DNA of 64,000 bases from Macrostomum hystrix (Eukaryota; Animalia; Platyhelminthes). This document shows positions 24,473-38,000 of this stretch, in pieces (position 1 is the first letter of the stretch; the number at the start of each line of letters is the position of its first letter). The position numbers were made by a program, and so were the translations under genes. The notes under the pieces were generated by a model. The model searched no databases and had not been told where the DNA came from. It worked only from the letters and a program-made list of their open reading frames with translations. The DNA lies in contig CATNEN010000034.1 of assembly GCA_950097015.1 (NCBI GenBank), forward strand, positions 5,208,001 to 5,272,000, read 5' to 3'.

Positions 24473-25149
24473 ATTAGTGTTTGCGGCAGAGGCGGAGGCA
24501 CCCATTATCTCTAATTTCTTTCGCCAACCCCTCAGCCCGGTTCAGGAGCGAGTTAAAAGAGAAACACGACACCCGGGTAAAGGATTTCGGGATAATGGAA
24601 GCAGAGGGGAATAACTCTGGGATGGAGCAGTGCAGGCAAGTGTGAAGCGAAAGTAGGCTAGAGAACTGATTGCTTCCCATAGTAATATCCCTCAGGAACT
24701 GGGAGATAATGCCTCACTGCGGCAGATGATGGAGCTACCTTCTCTGTTCCCATTTCTCAGTGTCACCCACTTTCTCCCATTTCTCCCCTTTATCATTCGT
24801 CTTTGCTGGGAGTCGCTTTTAAGCCATTTTAAGAATCTCTTGGGAGTCGTTAATCCCGAAATGAATGGGGAGTGGAATTCCTTGGGCTCCTCATTTCTCT
24901 AGCTCTCTGATCCAGCCTTTTCTAGAGTGAAGAATTCCGTCTGCTGTGCAGAGTCAAATTAAGCACTCATTGTTTTGTTTATCCACTCGGCCGGAATTGC
25001 CTGTCAAAATGAACTGACAGCCGAGTCGGGTGTACGAACTTAAAATACTTAACAATGTCGCAGAAAAATTTTGCTTCAAAAAGTGCTGAGGCTGACAATT
25101 TGGCCGAAAGTTTTCAGCAACCGAATTTTCACAGCTTGGATTTACAAGA

Positions 25150-25856
25150 GAGTAAAGTAGAGAGTAGACTAGAGAGTATATGAGAGTGTAGATGAGAGAG
25201 TAGACTAGAGAGTAGACAAGAGAGTAGACAAGAGAGTAGATGAGAGAGTAGATGAGAGAGTAGACAAAAGGGTAGATGAGAGAGTAGATGAGAGGGTAGA
25301 TGAGAGAGTAGACAAGAGAGTATATGAGAGAGTAGACAAGAGAGTAGACAAGAGAGTATATGAGAGAGTAGATGAGAGAGTAGACAAGAGGGTAGATGAG
25401 AGAGTAGATGAGAGGGTAGATGAGAGAGTAGACAAGTGAGTAGATGAGAGAGTAGACAAGAGAGTAGATGAGAGAGTGGACAAGTGAGTAGACTAGAGAG
25501 CAGACTAGAGAGTAGACAAGAGAGTAGACTAGAGAGCAGACTAGAGAGTAGACTAGAGAGCAGACTAGAGAGTAGACTAGAGAGTAGACAAGAGAGTATA
25601 TGAGAGAGTAGAAAAGAGAGTAGACAAGAGGGTAGATGAGAGAGTAGATGAGAGGGTAGATGAGAGAGTAGACAAGAGGGTAGATGAGAGAGTAGACAAG
25701 AGAGTAGATGAGAGAGTAGACAAGAGGGTAGATTAGAGAGTAGACAAGAGAGTAGATGAGAGAGTAGACAAGTGAGTAGATGAGAGAGTAGACAAGAGAG
25801 TAGATGAGAGAGTAGAAAAGAGAGTAGATGAGAGAGTAGACAAGAGAGTAGATGAG
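25150..25856. repeat. Minisatellite, 12 bp unit GAGAGTAGAC/TAA-type
   Basis: Tandem purine-rich units with variants. Confidence 0.95.
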
Positions 25857-26457
25857 TCTGGGAAGTGTCAACTAATAATTATAATCCAGCTAAAGGGATT
25901 TGGGCAGATTATTGCATTGCGAACGAGACAGATTATTGTATCCCGCAGCTCGTACAAGACATTGTGGCGGGTTTTCCTATGTCTAGAAATCTATTTTTTT
26001 CTCCTGCATTCACGCAACTCCATCGACACTCTTGACTGCAGTATCCAAAGTCCAATAGAGACCAATAGTTTACAAGCGATTCGGAACTAATGAAGCGTAT
26101 GCAGGGGCTCTGGTTGTCAACGCACCGACCTTATCAAGTCTAATTATGCAACATCCGCCACACGAGTGAGTATTGATGAGGGTATGAAGCCTGACTGTGC
26201 ATTATTGATAGTCAGTTGGTTTCATTTTGAGTCCAAAATACCATGCTCTGGGCCCGCATCCAATATCAAGTTGTGGAGGTTTCCTTGTGACGATATTTTT
26301 TTATTTTCTTTGCTACATACAAGTTGTATTTGGGTATCGAGTATGTCAACGGGACCGTTCTCTTAACCCCCCGATAGCTGGTTAGCTGGTACGAGAGGCG
26401 AAAGTTTTTTATGCCGCAACATGAAAGTTCGATTTTTATTGCACCATTTATACGCGA

Positions 26458-26491
<34 letters not shown>

Positions 26492-26875
26492 TTCCAAATA
26501 GCCGCTTTGTCCTTTCCGTAGTGTCTTATAGCTCTAATTAGAGAATTTCGGTAGAACATCCTTCCTCTAAGTTTTAAGCGGCAATGACAAATGAATTTGC
26601 TGCCGCCGCTGCTGCTGCTGTTGCTGCTTTTGCAGTTTGTCTTTCAGAAACTTTCTTCATCCCATCTTTATCTGCATCTGGTTGTATTTCTGCTGCCACA
26701 GTTCTGTCTTACCCTGTTCTTATACTTCAATTATCACATCCTTCTGTGTCCTTTAAAAAACGGAATATCCTTACCTACTCTCTTCCGTTAAGAACTTTTC
26801 ACTTTCTACACTCTCCGAATTCTCATCTTCCACTTCCCATCCATCTTTCTACCCTCTTTCCCAATCCATCTTTCT

Positions 26876-27360
26876 CTTCTCTCCCCATCTATCTTCCTCC
26901 CCTCTCTCCCCATCTATCTTCCTCCCCTCTCTCCCCATCTATCTTCCTCCCCTCTCTCCCCATCTATCTTCCTCCCCTCTCTCCCCATCTATCTTCCTCT
27001 CCTCTCTCCCCATCTATCTTCCCCTCTCTCCCCATCTATCTTCCTCCCCTCTCTCCCCATCTATCTTCCTCCCCTCTCTCCCCATCTATCTTCCTCCCCT
27101 CTCTCCCCATCTATCTTCCTCCCCTCTCTCCCCATCTATCTTCCTCCCCTCTCTCCCCATCTATCTTCCTCCCCTCTCTCCCCATCTATCTTCCTCCCCT
27201 CTCTCCCCATCTATCTTCCTCTCCTCTCTCCAAATCTATCTTCCTCTCCTCTCTCCCCATCTATCTTCCTCCCCTCTCTCCCCATCTATCTTCCTCCCCT
27301 CTCTCCCCATCTATCTTCCTCCCCTCTCTCCCCATCTATCTTCCTCCCCTCTCTCCCATC
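26876..27360. repeat. Minisatellite, ~26 bp unit CTCTCTCCCCATCTATCTTCCTCCCC
   Basis: Tandem pyrimidine-rich units. Confidence 0.95.
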
Positions 27361-28137
27361 TTGCAGTCCATTTTGCATTTACCCGGTGCACTTCTTCAGG
27401 TAGAAACATTTTGTAATGTTTTATGACCCAAGAGCCTAAGGGTGCAGTTTCAAATAGTTGACCTAAATGCATAAAAAGTTCCCTATTTTATTGATTTATT
27501 TGCAACAGCTAGGCAAAGAAGTTCTTCAATAAACAGACGATCCCAGTTTTGTCACTAATTATACTTTCTTGCAATGGGGAGAGAAAAACCTTTCGCGAAA
27601 AAATCTCCGTGATAACCTACTATAAGTAGGGCAGTAGACAGAAAATATTGCTGACAAGTGCTACTAGCGTATCTATTTTTAACGGTAAAAACCGAATTAA
27701 ACATTCTGAAAATTTATTTCAAAGACCGAAGTTAAAGAGGCGAACCTAATAAAACTGTTAAAAATATTTGTTTAAATTTGAGGCCTCTGTTTCAACGACT
27801 TGTGCTGTCTAGTAATTAGAGTAAAAAATACTGACGATGGACAACAAGATCCGGTTTCGGCATAGCCTGCTTGCCATCGATGTGACTAACCACGCATAGC
27901 TACAGTGCTTTGGGCTTCAGCCTGCAATGGACTGGAAAAAAACTTGACAGGAAAAGCAAATAGAACGGAAAGTAGCTCGTATACTTCTAGAAGAGAGGAA
28001 GAAAGCGAGATGGAAAAAGGGAAGGTGGATGCTGTCACAAAGGGATTGCCGGCGGTACTGTGAGTTGAGGATTCAAAGAGAAATGGGAACGCCCATTTGA
28101 GAAAGGGAATGCAAGGTGAAATTGTTAGACATTTGGA

Positions 28138-29520
28138 TGAGAGATGGGGCAGGAGAGATGGGACAGGAGAGATTCTGAGAGGAGAGAGGGGACAGGAGAG
28201 ATAGGAGAGGAGAGATGAGACAGGAGAGATGGGACAGGAGAGATGGGACGAGAGAGATGGGACAGGAGAGGTTCTGAGAGGCGAGAGGGGACAGGAGAGA
28301 TAGGAGAGGAGAGGTGGGACAGGAGAGGTTCTGAGAGGCGAGAGGGGACAGGAGAGATAGGAGAGAGAGATGGGATAGGAGAGATGGGACAGGAGAGATG
28401 GGACAGGAGAGATGGGACAGGAGAGATGGGACAGAAGAGATGGGACAGGAGAGATGGGACAGGAGAGATGGGACAGGAGAGATGGGACAGGAGAGATGGG
28501 ACAGGAGAGATGGGACAGGAGAGATGGGACAGGAGAGATGGGACAGGAGAGATGGGACAGGAGAGATGGGACAGGAGAGATGGGACAGGAGAGACGGGAC
28601 AGGAGAGATGGGACAGGAGAGATGGGACAGGAGAGATGGGACAGGAGAGATGGGACAGGAGAGATGGGACTGGAGAGATGGGACAGGAGAGATGGGACAG
28701 GAGAGATGGGACAGGAGAGATGGGACAGGAGAGATGGGACAGGAGAGATGGGACAGGAGAGATGGGACAGGAGAGATAGGAGAGGAGAGGTGGGACAGGA
28801 GAGGTTCTGAGAGGAGAGATGGGACAGGAGAGATGGGACAGGAGAGATAGGAGAGGAGAGATGGGACAGGAGAGATGGGACAGGAGAGATAGGAGAGGAG
28901 AGATGGGATAGGAGAGATGGGACAGGAGAGATGGGACAGGATAGATGGGACAGGAGAGATGGGACAGGAGAGAAGGGACAGGAGAGATGGGACAGGAGAG
29001 ATTCTGAGAGGAGAGATGGGACAGGAGAGATTCTCAGAGGAGAGATGGGATAGGAGAGATTCTGAGAGGAGAGATGGGACAGGAGAGATTCTCAGAGGAG
29101 AGATGGGATAGGAGAGATTCTGAGAGGAGAGATGGGACAGGAGAGATGGGACAGGAGAGATGGAACAGGAGAGATTCTGAGAGGAGAGATGGGACAGGAG
29201 AGATTCTCAGAGGAGAGATGGGATAGGAGAGATTCTGAGAGGAGAGATGGGACAGGAGAGATGGGACAGGAGAGATGGGACAGGAGAGATTCTGAGAGGA
29301 GAGATGGGACAGGAGAGATTCTCAGAGGAGAGATGGGACAGGAGAGATTCTGAGAGGAGAGATGGGACAGGAGAGATGGGACAGGAGAGATGGGACAGGA
29401 GAGATTCTGAGAGGAGAGATGGGACAGGAGAGATTCTCAGAGGAGAGATAGGACAGGAGAGATTCTGAGAGGAGAGATGGGACAGGAGAGATGGGTCTGG
29501 AGAGATTCTGAGAGGAGGGA
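28138..29520. repeat. Minisatellite, 14 bp core GGACAGGAGAGATG with higher-order variants
   Basis: Purine-rich tandem array with interspersed TTCTGAGA variant units. Confidence 0.96.
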
Positions 29521-30417
29521 TGGGATAGGAAAGATTGGGTGAGGATATATAAAAAGAGAGGGAAATTACTTCTTTGCAAAGGGAATTTCAGAGTGTGCTC
29601 AATTTCGCAAAACAAGCCAGTACTCAGTTATTGTCAGAATCTATAATTCATGCTTCACAAGCAGATCATTTTAGTCTAGAATGACCCGTCGCGAATTACT
29701 AATACAAGTATGAGTTTAAATTTTAGACGTATGAGACAAATTTCTAGTGGTCTTAATTTTTACAAAAGCTACAGTGAAAAGCCTATTGTGACTAGAAACA
29801 AAGGAACATCATTACAATTGATATATAATACTGCTTCATTGAAATGTTCCGAAGTAAAGAATGTAGAAACAGTTGATTTAAGGTTGTAATTTTGTGAAAG
29901 TTTTTAAAACGGAAGTTTTATTTAAAACCTAGATCATGGTTCATGAAATAGAAGAAACTATGCTTCGAGTAATAATTAAAGTAACAGAACTAGCTTCACG
30001 GAAATTAGACAGACAAATTTGTTCATTGAAGTAACGGAATTAGTAGCGTAAAAGTAACGAAAGTAGCTTAACTTGAAAAATGAAAAAACTTTTATGTAAT
30101 AATTATGGAGTAGCGAATATAGTTAAACAGAAGTAACGGATCAGACTTCAATGAGTAACGGAAGCTGCTTAACTGAAGTAACGGAATCGGCTTTCATTAA
30201 GTATCGGGAGTATTTTAAATTAAAAAACGTAATCTACCATCATATGTAAGCATAAATAAATAAATAAAGTAGAAGTATTAGCTTTCATAGAGTAACTAAA
30301 GTAGCAGAACAGAAGTAACGGAAGTAGCTAAGCTGAACTGTCGAAAATTTACTTTTTTTTCTTAAGCTAGCTATTTGGATTAGAAGAGCTACATTACTAT
30401 ATAAAGTTTGCATGTTA

Positions 30418-30765
30418 GTAATAATAATAATAATAATTGCAGGAGGGCTGCGTATAATGGCACATCATTAAGTGACACCAGACCCGCAGCCAGCGAGGAG
30501 GCAATTCTGCCCATTTCGCTGACTCCTGAGCACACACGCACACAGATACTGTACGCAGGCATACGCTCACACAGGCGTGTACATCTGCCCTGACTTTCTC
30601 ATCGTCAGGCAGTGTACACTTCACTGTGCCTTGGAGGTTGGCCCTCAAGGGCGCAAATTGCACGACAAGCCCCCAAGCCTTCTCTCCGCGGCTGCGCCCC
30701 AAATAAATGTGGTTTCGCCGTGGAATCGAACTTAGAGACCTTGGTGCGAGAGGCAAATGCGTTCG
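30418..30765 (-). mobile_element. tRNA-derived SINE copy 6, upstream of HCN
   Basis: Reverse complement of the consensus, with (TAA)n on the + strand at 30418-30438. Confidence 0.86.
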
Positions 30766-31096
30766 CGAGTTCGCATCTCAGCCCAAGGGTAAAAATATGT
30801 GGGGAGTAAGACTATTTGCTAAGCTTGTGCTTTTAACAGTTAGATGCTGGGTTCCAGCATCAACTGGGGGTAGAAATTTGAAGTGTAATTTTTAATTAGC
30901 TGGGGGGAGAATAGTGCACGTCTTTTTGGGGTGGGTTTGGGGCGTTAGGCAGCCAATAGCAGTCTTGTGCTTACCTGAATCAAAGCAGTATAAGGTATGA
31001 AAAACCTCACTGGTCGCGGACCAAGTCACAAACCTGTCTTCACTTTTATTTAGTTTTTGATTTCGTTATAAACTTAGTTAAATTTTAAGTCGAAAA

Positions 31097-31185
31097 ATGT
31101 CTATGCATACACGACTGCTAGATGGAGGAAGCAATTTGGATGAAGACGACCTTTTAGACCTGCGATTGCATTATAAACTACAGCA

Positions 31186-31236
<51 letters not shown>

Positions 31237-34200
31237 TCAAACAAGAGCTCTACAAAGATTTAGAAGAGAGCAGACGGTGGCAGAATGTGACTGTGAGTAC
31301 AAAATGTCTGCTGTACTGAAGAGGAACTTCACACAATTTGAGTCACACAATATGAGAGTCACACAATTTGAGAGTCACACAATATGAGAGTCACACAATT
31401 TGAGAGTCACACAATATGAGAGTCACACAATCTGAGAGTCACACAATTTGAGAGTCACACAATATGAGAGTCACACAATTTGAGAGTCACACAATATGAG
31501 AGTCACACAATATGAGAGTCACACAATATGAGAGTCACACAATTTGAGAGTCACACAATTTGAGAGTCACACAATCTGAGAGTCACACAATCTGAGAGTC
31601 ACACAATTTAAGAGTCACACAATTTGAAAGTCACACAATTTGAGAGTCACACAATCTGAGAGTCACACAATCTGAGAGTCACACAATATGAGAGTCACAC
31701 AATATGAGAGTCACACAATTTGAGAGTCACACAATATGAGAGTCACACAATATGAGAGTCACACAATTTGAGAGTCACACAATTTGAGAGTCACACAATC
31801 TGAGAGTCACACAATCTGAGAGTCACACAATTTAAGAGTCACACAATTTGAAAGTCACACAATTTGAGAGTCACACAATCTGAGAGTCACACAATCTGAG
31901 AGTCACACAATATGAGAGTCACACAATATGAGAGTCACACAATTTGAGAGTCACACAATATGAGAGTCACACAATATGAGAGTCACACAATTTGAGAGTC
32001 ACGAAATCAAGAAGCCAGACAAATGAAAAAATTGCCTACAGAAAAAGGAACTTAAGACAAAAATCAATTGATTGGAAGGGCAGAAACTCAAAGAACACAG
32101 ATCATGGCTTGAATTTATCGAATACTTTGCGGGCATAATCAATACTGTGTCCTAGTTGTGGACTTGAAAAATTACCGTGGAGACGGGGCAAGGGCAAAGG
32201 CCCCGGTTCCTTCATTAGAGGAACTTCAGATGGGATTTCGGGGGGATAATTGTAAATTTGGAAAAATGTCCGGCGGGATGAGAAAAAGACAACAGGATGG
32301 GATGTTAAATGCGAGGCTCAGGTGGAGGAAGCGACGTTAAATTAAGCCTCTCTTATCCCAGATTTTTGAAAGCTCCCCCAAAAGGCCCTGAAAAATCTGG
32401 GAAGACACGACAGTAAGCTGCTGCTCTTATTTATCCCAGAGACATGACTGACATCCTCAGATTAAAGCTTGGTTTATAGAATGTAACATTGTTATTCTCT
32501 TGCATTAGATAGTATGGCAGTAATGAGAAATTAGCATGCTTGGCGTTACACAAGGAGCTAGAGACGCAGGGCAGCCATATAAGCTGCTCAGGGAGGGGGT
32601 GGGTGCCGAGGGGTGAAGGCGGAGGGGGGATGGCGCAGCGCACGCACAAAAAGGGGGCAGAAAGGACGAGACGCGGGGGTTGGCCAGCCGGTCATTAACC
32701 CCCGTAAGCGTCACACAAAGTGCACGCTTACGGAAGATTTTGTATGGAAGATTGTGCGAGCTAAGAAGTCGATAAGTAAATAATTTAAGGTAGTAAAACT
32801 TTGTGCGTGCGTGCGTGCGTGTACTCTGGCGGCGGTGGGGGCGTGAGGTGGCTGGCTGCACCGGCTCGTTTTAAGCCCCCGCTCTCCTGCCGTCTCACCT
32901 CTGCCGCGATTTGCTATTAAATTTTTTTCCAAATCTGTTTTAATTCTGTTTTAATTCTCTGATTCGCCAAATATACTCCGCATTCGTTCCGATCCTTTGG
33001 GGATCTTTTGTGCGGCCGCTGCCTGCCTTTCGCACTCGCTGTCTTCCTCGCTTTTGGTCCCTCCGGTGTGTTTTAAGTCTTGCTAATAATTTGCTAAGAT
33101 TGATATGTGGTAATGCAAAACGAGACGAATCTAGTTAATTTAGGCGCGACTACTTTCAGTAGCAGTTCGTGCAAGTTTCTTTGATTCACATTGAAGTTAT
33201 TCGAACTGAGAAATTTCTCTAACGTCCTGAATTGCCATCTGGATTGGGATCAGAATTGAAGAGCTGCACTGACAGCCTAAGCTGATTTCTAGCTGACAGG
33301 GAATGCAGGCTCGGAATCAGGATTGGGGATCGAGATTGGGGATCGGGATTGGGGATCGAGATTGGGGATCGGGATTGGGGATCGGGATTGGGGATCGGGA
33401 TTAGAGATCGGGATTGGGGATCGAGATTGGGGATCGGGATTGGGGATCGGGATTGGGGATCGAGAATGGGGATCGGGATTGGGGATCGGGATTGGGGATC
33501 GAGATTGGGGATCGGGATTGGGGATCGAGATTGAGGATCGGGATTGGGGATCGGGATCAGACAGCAGCTAGCTGGTGCAGTCGCACTTTATTAACCAAAC
33601 TTAGCCCCACTATCAGCCAATGAAACTGCTGTGAACTTGGCCATCCCAGTCCTTTATTGTTCCGTTTGCTTTCAAGCACCGGGGAGGCTGTCCAAACAGA
33701 AACAGACCATATGCTGTGATTGCGCCTAGCTCTGCCACATTTCATCCCATCCTCACGAGTACTAAATTGAGGTTTGTCTATTGATTAATTACTTGTAATT
33801 GTGTCTACTCTATTAGCTTTTCCTACTCTAATTAGTCCGGTTGCATGGCTGGAACTAATCTTCAAACTTTCTCTCTGTACATATGAGCATTTTTCGTGCA
33901 CTCAACTCATTAGACTGTAGCTGTTTTGTTATCTATTGTAAACGCTGCATATAGCCTAGCTTGTAACAATGGACAATGACTCGTGAGATACTTCAGTTGA
34001 GCAATGAACGGCCTGAATAATTCTCGCGGAGAGTATTGTTGTCAACTTCAGACACATCCGGGTCCCATAAATTACTAGCGAGCCAGTTTGTTAGTGAGCA
34101 GAGCATTAGAGTTAAAGTTAATCAAAAGCTTTTAAGTTAATCTCCAACGTTGACCAGGAAGTCTAATTTTGATCAGGCCTGATCTGTTCTCGCTGTTGAG

Positions 34201-34992
34201 TGATTGACAATAAAAATTTAATTAATTTTTCAAGAAAATAACAACAGTTCAATTGTACGAATTTCCCTAGGAAGCATGCGATTTATTAGATTGCGGAGCA
34301 AATTGGGGTCTTGGGATTCGACAGGACTAACTTCCTTTCACCCAAGTCTCCGCTATTATGTTCGACAACCTCATCCTCCACTTCGTTCTCACAGGCGGTG
34401 AGTCCGCCTCCCTACTGGACAGAAGTGACTCGCTGCCAGTGGACGATCTGGGCATGGGCGACCGTCTGCAGTCCGGCTTCATTGGCCAGCAGGCCCGAAG
34501 GAGCAAGCAACAGCAGCAGCAGCAGCAGCTGCTACCCCCGCCGCCTCAACCATCCTACTCCAGGCAGCAGCCGCAGCAGGCGGACCCTCCAGCTCCATCG
34601 GCCAGCAACCGGCGGGGCAGCTTCCAGTCGATGCGAACCCTGAGCCTGGACCAGCAGGCAGCCGCGGGCCTCGACCCGGCTGACAACAACGGCAAAATGG
34701 CGTCGAAATCGATGGACTCCTGCCTGGACGAGCAGCGACCTACCGGGTCAGACAGCGAGTCGGCGACGAATGCTCGTCAAGGTCAATCGTCTTATCAACA
34801 GCAACAGCAACAGCAGCAACAGCAGCAGCAGGCAGTGCGCAAGAAGCGCCCCAGTCTCCGGATGAAGCTGGGCAGAATCGGCTCCGGTCGACAATTCGGC
34901 CGCAGCGGCAGCGCATGCGGCAGCAACTCGACAGAGGCGCCTACTGCTGACGAGGTCGACGCTGAGGACTCGCCTTTGAAGGGCCAGTCGGC

Positions 34993-35024
<32 letters not shown>

Positions 35025-38000
35025 GTGCTACAGCAACGGCAGCCGGAGAAGATCTTGAACTAGGCGAGATGGAAGATCCCAAGCAGAGCACCTCCAGCTA
35101 CCTCAAGGAGCAGTTCTTTGCATTCTTCCAGCCTTCTGACAACAAGTTGGCGATGAAGCTGTTTGGCAACAAAAACGCCCTGCTGAAGGAGAAGCGTCGC
35201 CAGCAGCAGTCGGGCAAATGGATCATTCACCCGTGCAGCAACTTCAGGTAAGCGGCGGAGAGGCGGTCAAATAGAGAGCCTCATTAGGCCTCACTGAAAA
35301 GTGCGCAGGCGTAATAAGTACCTTTGTGAGGCAGTTAGACAGTCGGCAATAAATTATCCGACACGAGGAAAGCAATAAATAAAGAGAAAAAACTTAGTTC
35401 AATGATTGAGTTTCTTTTCGAAATCGAACTCCCTGGAAGACTTTCTATCTGTAAATACAAAGCTGTGAATATCGGGCCAGGAAGACAGATGCAGTGGTCT
35501 ATGAAGCTTCGCGAAGTCGAGGCAATCTTCTGCTGAGGAGGAAAAAGTTAAGGCAGCGTTGGCTTAGGCTAAGTGCAGGCCCTAATCACTTACAACTTGT
35601 TCGTCTAACGAGTAGCATATACCGGAGACTATAGAGTGCAGTAGGAGAGCCAGATGAAGCAATCAAGGATTCCCTGTATTTCTCTTTGGCCTTCGAATTG
35701 CGCAGCTTCCAGTAGTTTTACGAGCTTAATCTACGGTCTAACAAACTGGCTGTTCTCCTATATTTTGCGCAATGTTTTTAATGCACTTCATTGGGTCACA
35801 GAGTTTATTGTATTTAGCTCCTCATCGAACGAGGAAATTCGGCTGCATAGGAAATTACACGGGTTCTTTTTGCTGCAGAAGAAAGTAAAGAAACATCCGC
35901 ATCAATGGGAGATTCGCCCCTCACCTGATCTTGACATTCGTCTAACATCTACCCGTTGCGAGCTTTCACTTTCTCGGTTTATCCCTCCTCTTAATTTCTT
36001 CCCCCTAAACACGTTTCCAGGGAAAATTCCAATGCCAGACGAAAGATTGATCAGATTAAGGAAATTGTACGCGTTCGCTTTCCCATTTATATGATCATTA
36101 AATTGAAAGGCCAAAATAATTCATATAGAAATAAGCCTGTGTGCACAAGCCTTTGGTAGAAAAGCCAAAATTAGGCTTTTACTTTCATTATCCTTTAGTT
36201 TTATCAGCGTTTTTTATTCAAAACTTTCTGAGGATAAATTCCCATAAAAATAGCTGAGATCCTTAACGAACATAGACGAACATCCCGGATCCCAATGCTG
36301 AGCATCCCGGATCCCAATGCTGAACATCCTGGATCCCAATGCTGAGCATCCCGGATCCCAATGCTGAGCATCCCGGATCCCAATGCTGAGCATCCCGGAT
36401 CCCAATGCTGAGCATCCCGGATCCCAATGCTGAACATCCTGGATCCCAATGCTGAACATCCTGCATCCCAATGCTGAACATCCTGGATCCCAATGCTGAA
36501 CATCCCGGATCCCAATTCTAAACATCATGGATACAAATGCTGAACATCCCGGATCCCAATGCTAGACATCCTCGATCCCAATGCTAGACATCCTGGACCC
36601 CAATGCTGAACATCCTGGATCCCAATGCTGAACATCCTGGATCCCAATGCTGAACATCCTGGATCTCAATGCTGAATGCAAAGGTATTAACTATCGCTAC
36701 GATTATTGGGATAGTTTAGCTGTACAAGTAGCCAGGCCATTTTGGATTATTGTTGGTCCCATAAAAATCTGGCATTGCAAGACCATGGCCTATTTGTATA
36801 GGCAAGCAAATAAATACCTCTTGTCAAATTGATGAGGAACGAAATTGCTTCAAGCGACTCATTAAACGGAAGAGACATTTATTTGGACAAAATCCGGTTT
36901 CCACAGGCCAGTAGCAAAGTTCTCTTCTGTTCGGCCCTCTTTTCTCTTTACTCATCCTGCCGAGTTTTTCTTTTGCCTCAACGCAGTCGACAGAAGAGTG
37001 GATCGGTGGGTTGGCGAGTAATCAGCGGAGGAGAGAATAAAGAGGAAGAGAAGCAGGACGAATGAGAAAGGGGAGATTTTCGGTCAACGGGGCTTTGAGC
37101 AGACGGAATCGACCAGTTGGTCCTCTTCTGCCTTAATGACGGGGGTGGCGTAGAGGAGAAAGACTGAGCAGCAACAACAAGTGCGCACGGCACACCAGGC
37201 CTGTCCCATTCCGAAATCTCTTCCCAAAATGACAGTGCCTCTCCTTGCTTGGCCGGTGGTCGACTCCAAATGCGTGCCTAGACACTTGCCCGCGACGGCC
37301 AAATCGATGCGAACCGGCCCAAGAGTATCAATTAGCGGCTTTCGGCCACCATCAAATCACCGGAGCGCTAAACTGGCTCCCGCACCTTGGCCAAACAATT
37401 TGGTCTTGTTTCTTGTTTTCTCTTCATTCGGAAAATTCCAACACTTGATGGGATACTGAAGTGCGCTGTTTATATTTAAACACAGTCGTTCATATGGTTC
37501 ATTTAACAGTAGAGAGGCATTTTTCGGGTGGCATTTCAAATACTCGCAGCCTACTTCACGAAACCGAATGACCGATTTTCGTGAACGTCCACCATGGATT
37601 GGCCACCTTGGTGGGTGGAACCGCGACGGAGACGCGGCTGCAATTTGGTTCCAGTGATTCTTGTCGAAGACCCTGGCGACAAGGCAACTAGCATTGCTCT
37701 GTGTCACCCCGACAAGAATCTTTGAATAACCAGACGATTTCGCTGCTTTGTGATTCTGGAAGTTGTGTAATCGGGTTGAGCGAAAACTTTAAGGCCATGT
37801 TCTGAACTATCATGTCAACTGGTTGAATATTTAGGGAGATCCAGAAAAAGAAAGATGTGGGTATTTAAAGTACATTCCCGTAGTCTTTCTACTGTTAACG
37901 ACCACAAATCAAACTGGAAAGTGAATTAAAGTGAGCTGAATAAACAATTTTTCAGATTCTACTGGGACCTCCTGATGCTAATGCTGCTAATCATTAACCT

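Noticed and set aside
25950-26200. Minus-strand VWRMLHN...SPC, resembling an L1/Tx1 zf-RVT relic
   Set aside because: Heavily interrupted by stops with no adjoining RT motifs; cannot be supported without an HMM search.
23159-29615. Long low-complexity ORFs (SLPP, LLCL, EKEA, YSLV, GQERWDRRD)
   Set aside because: All are translations of tandem repeats in several frames.
35440-35540. Minus-strand TSRSFIDH, resembling an APE endonuclease motif
   Set aside because: Single motif with no SDH or other EN motifs nearby.
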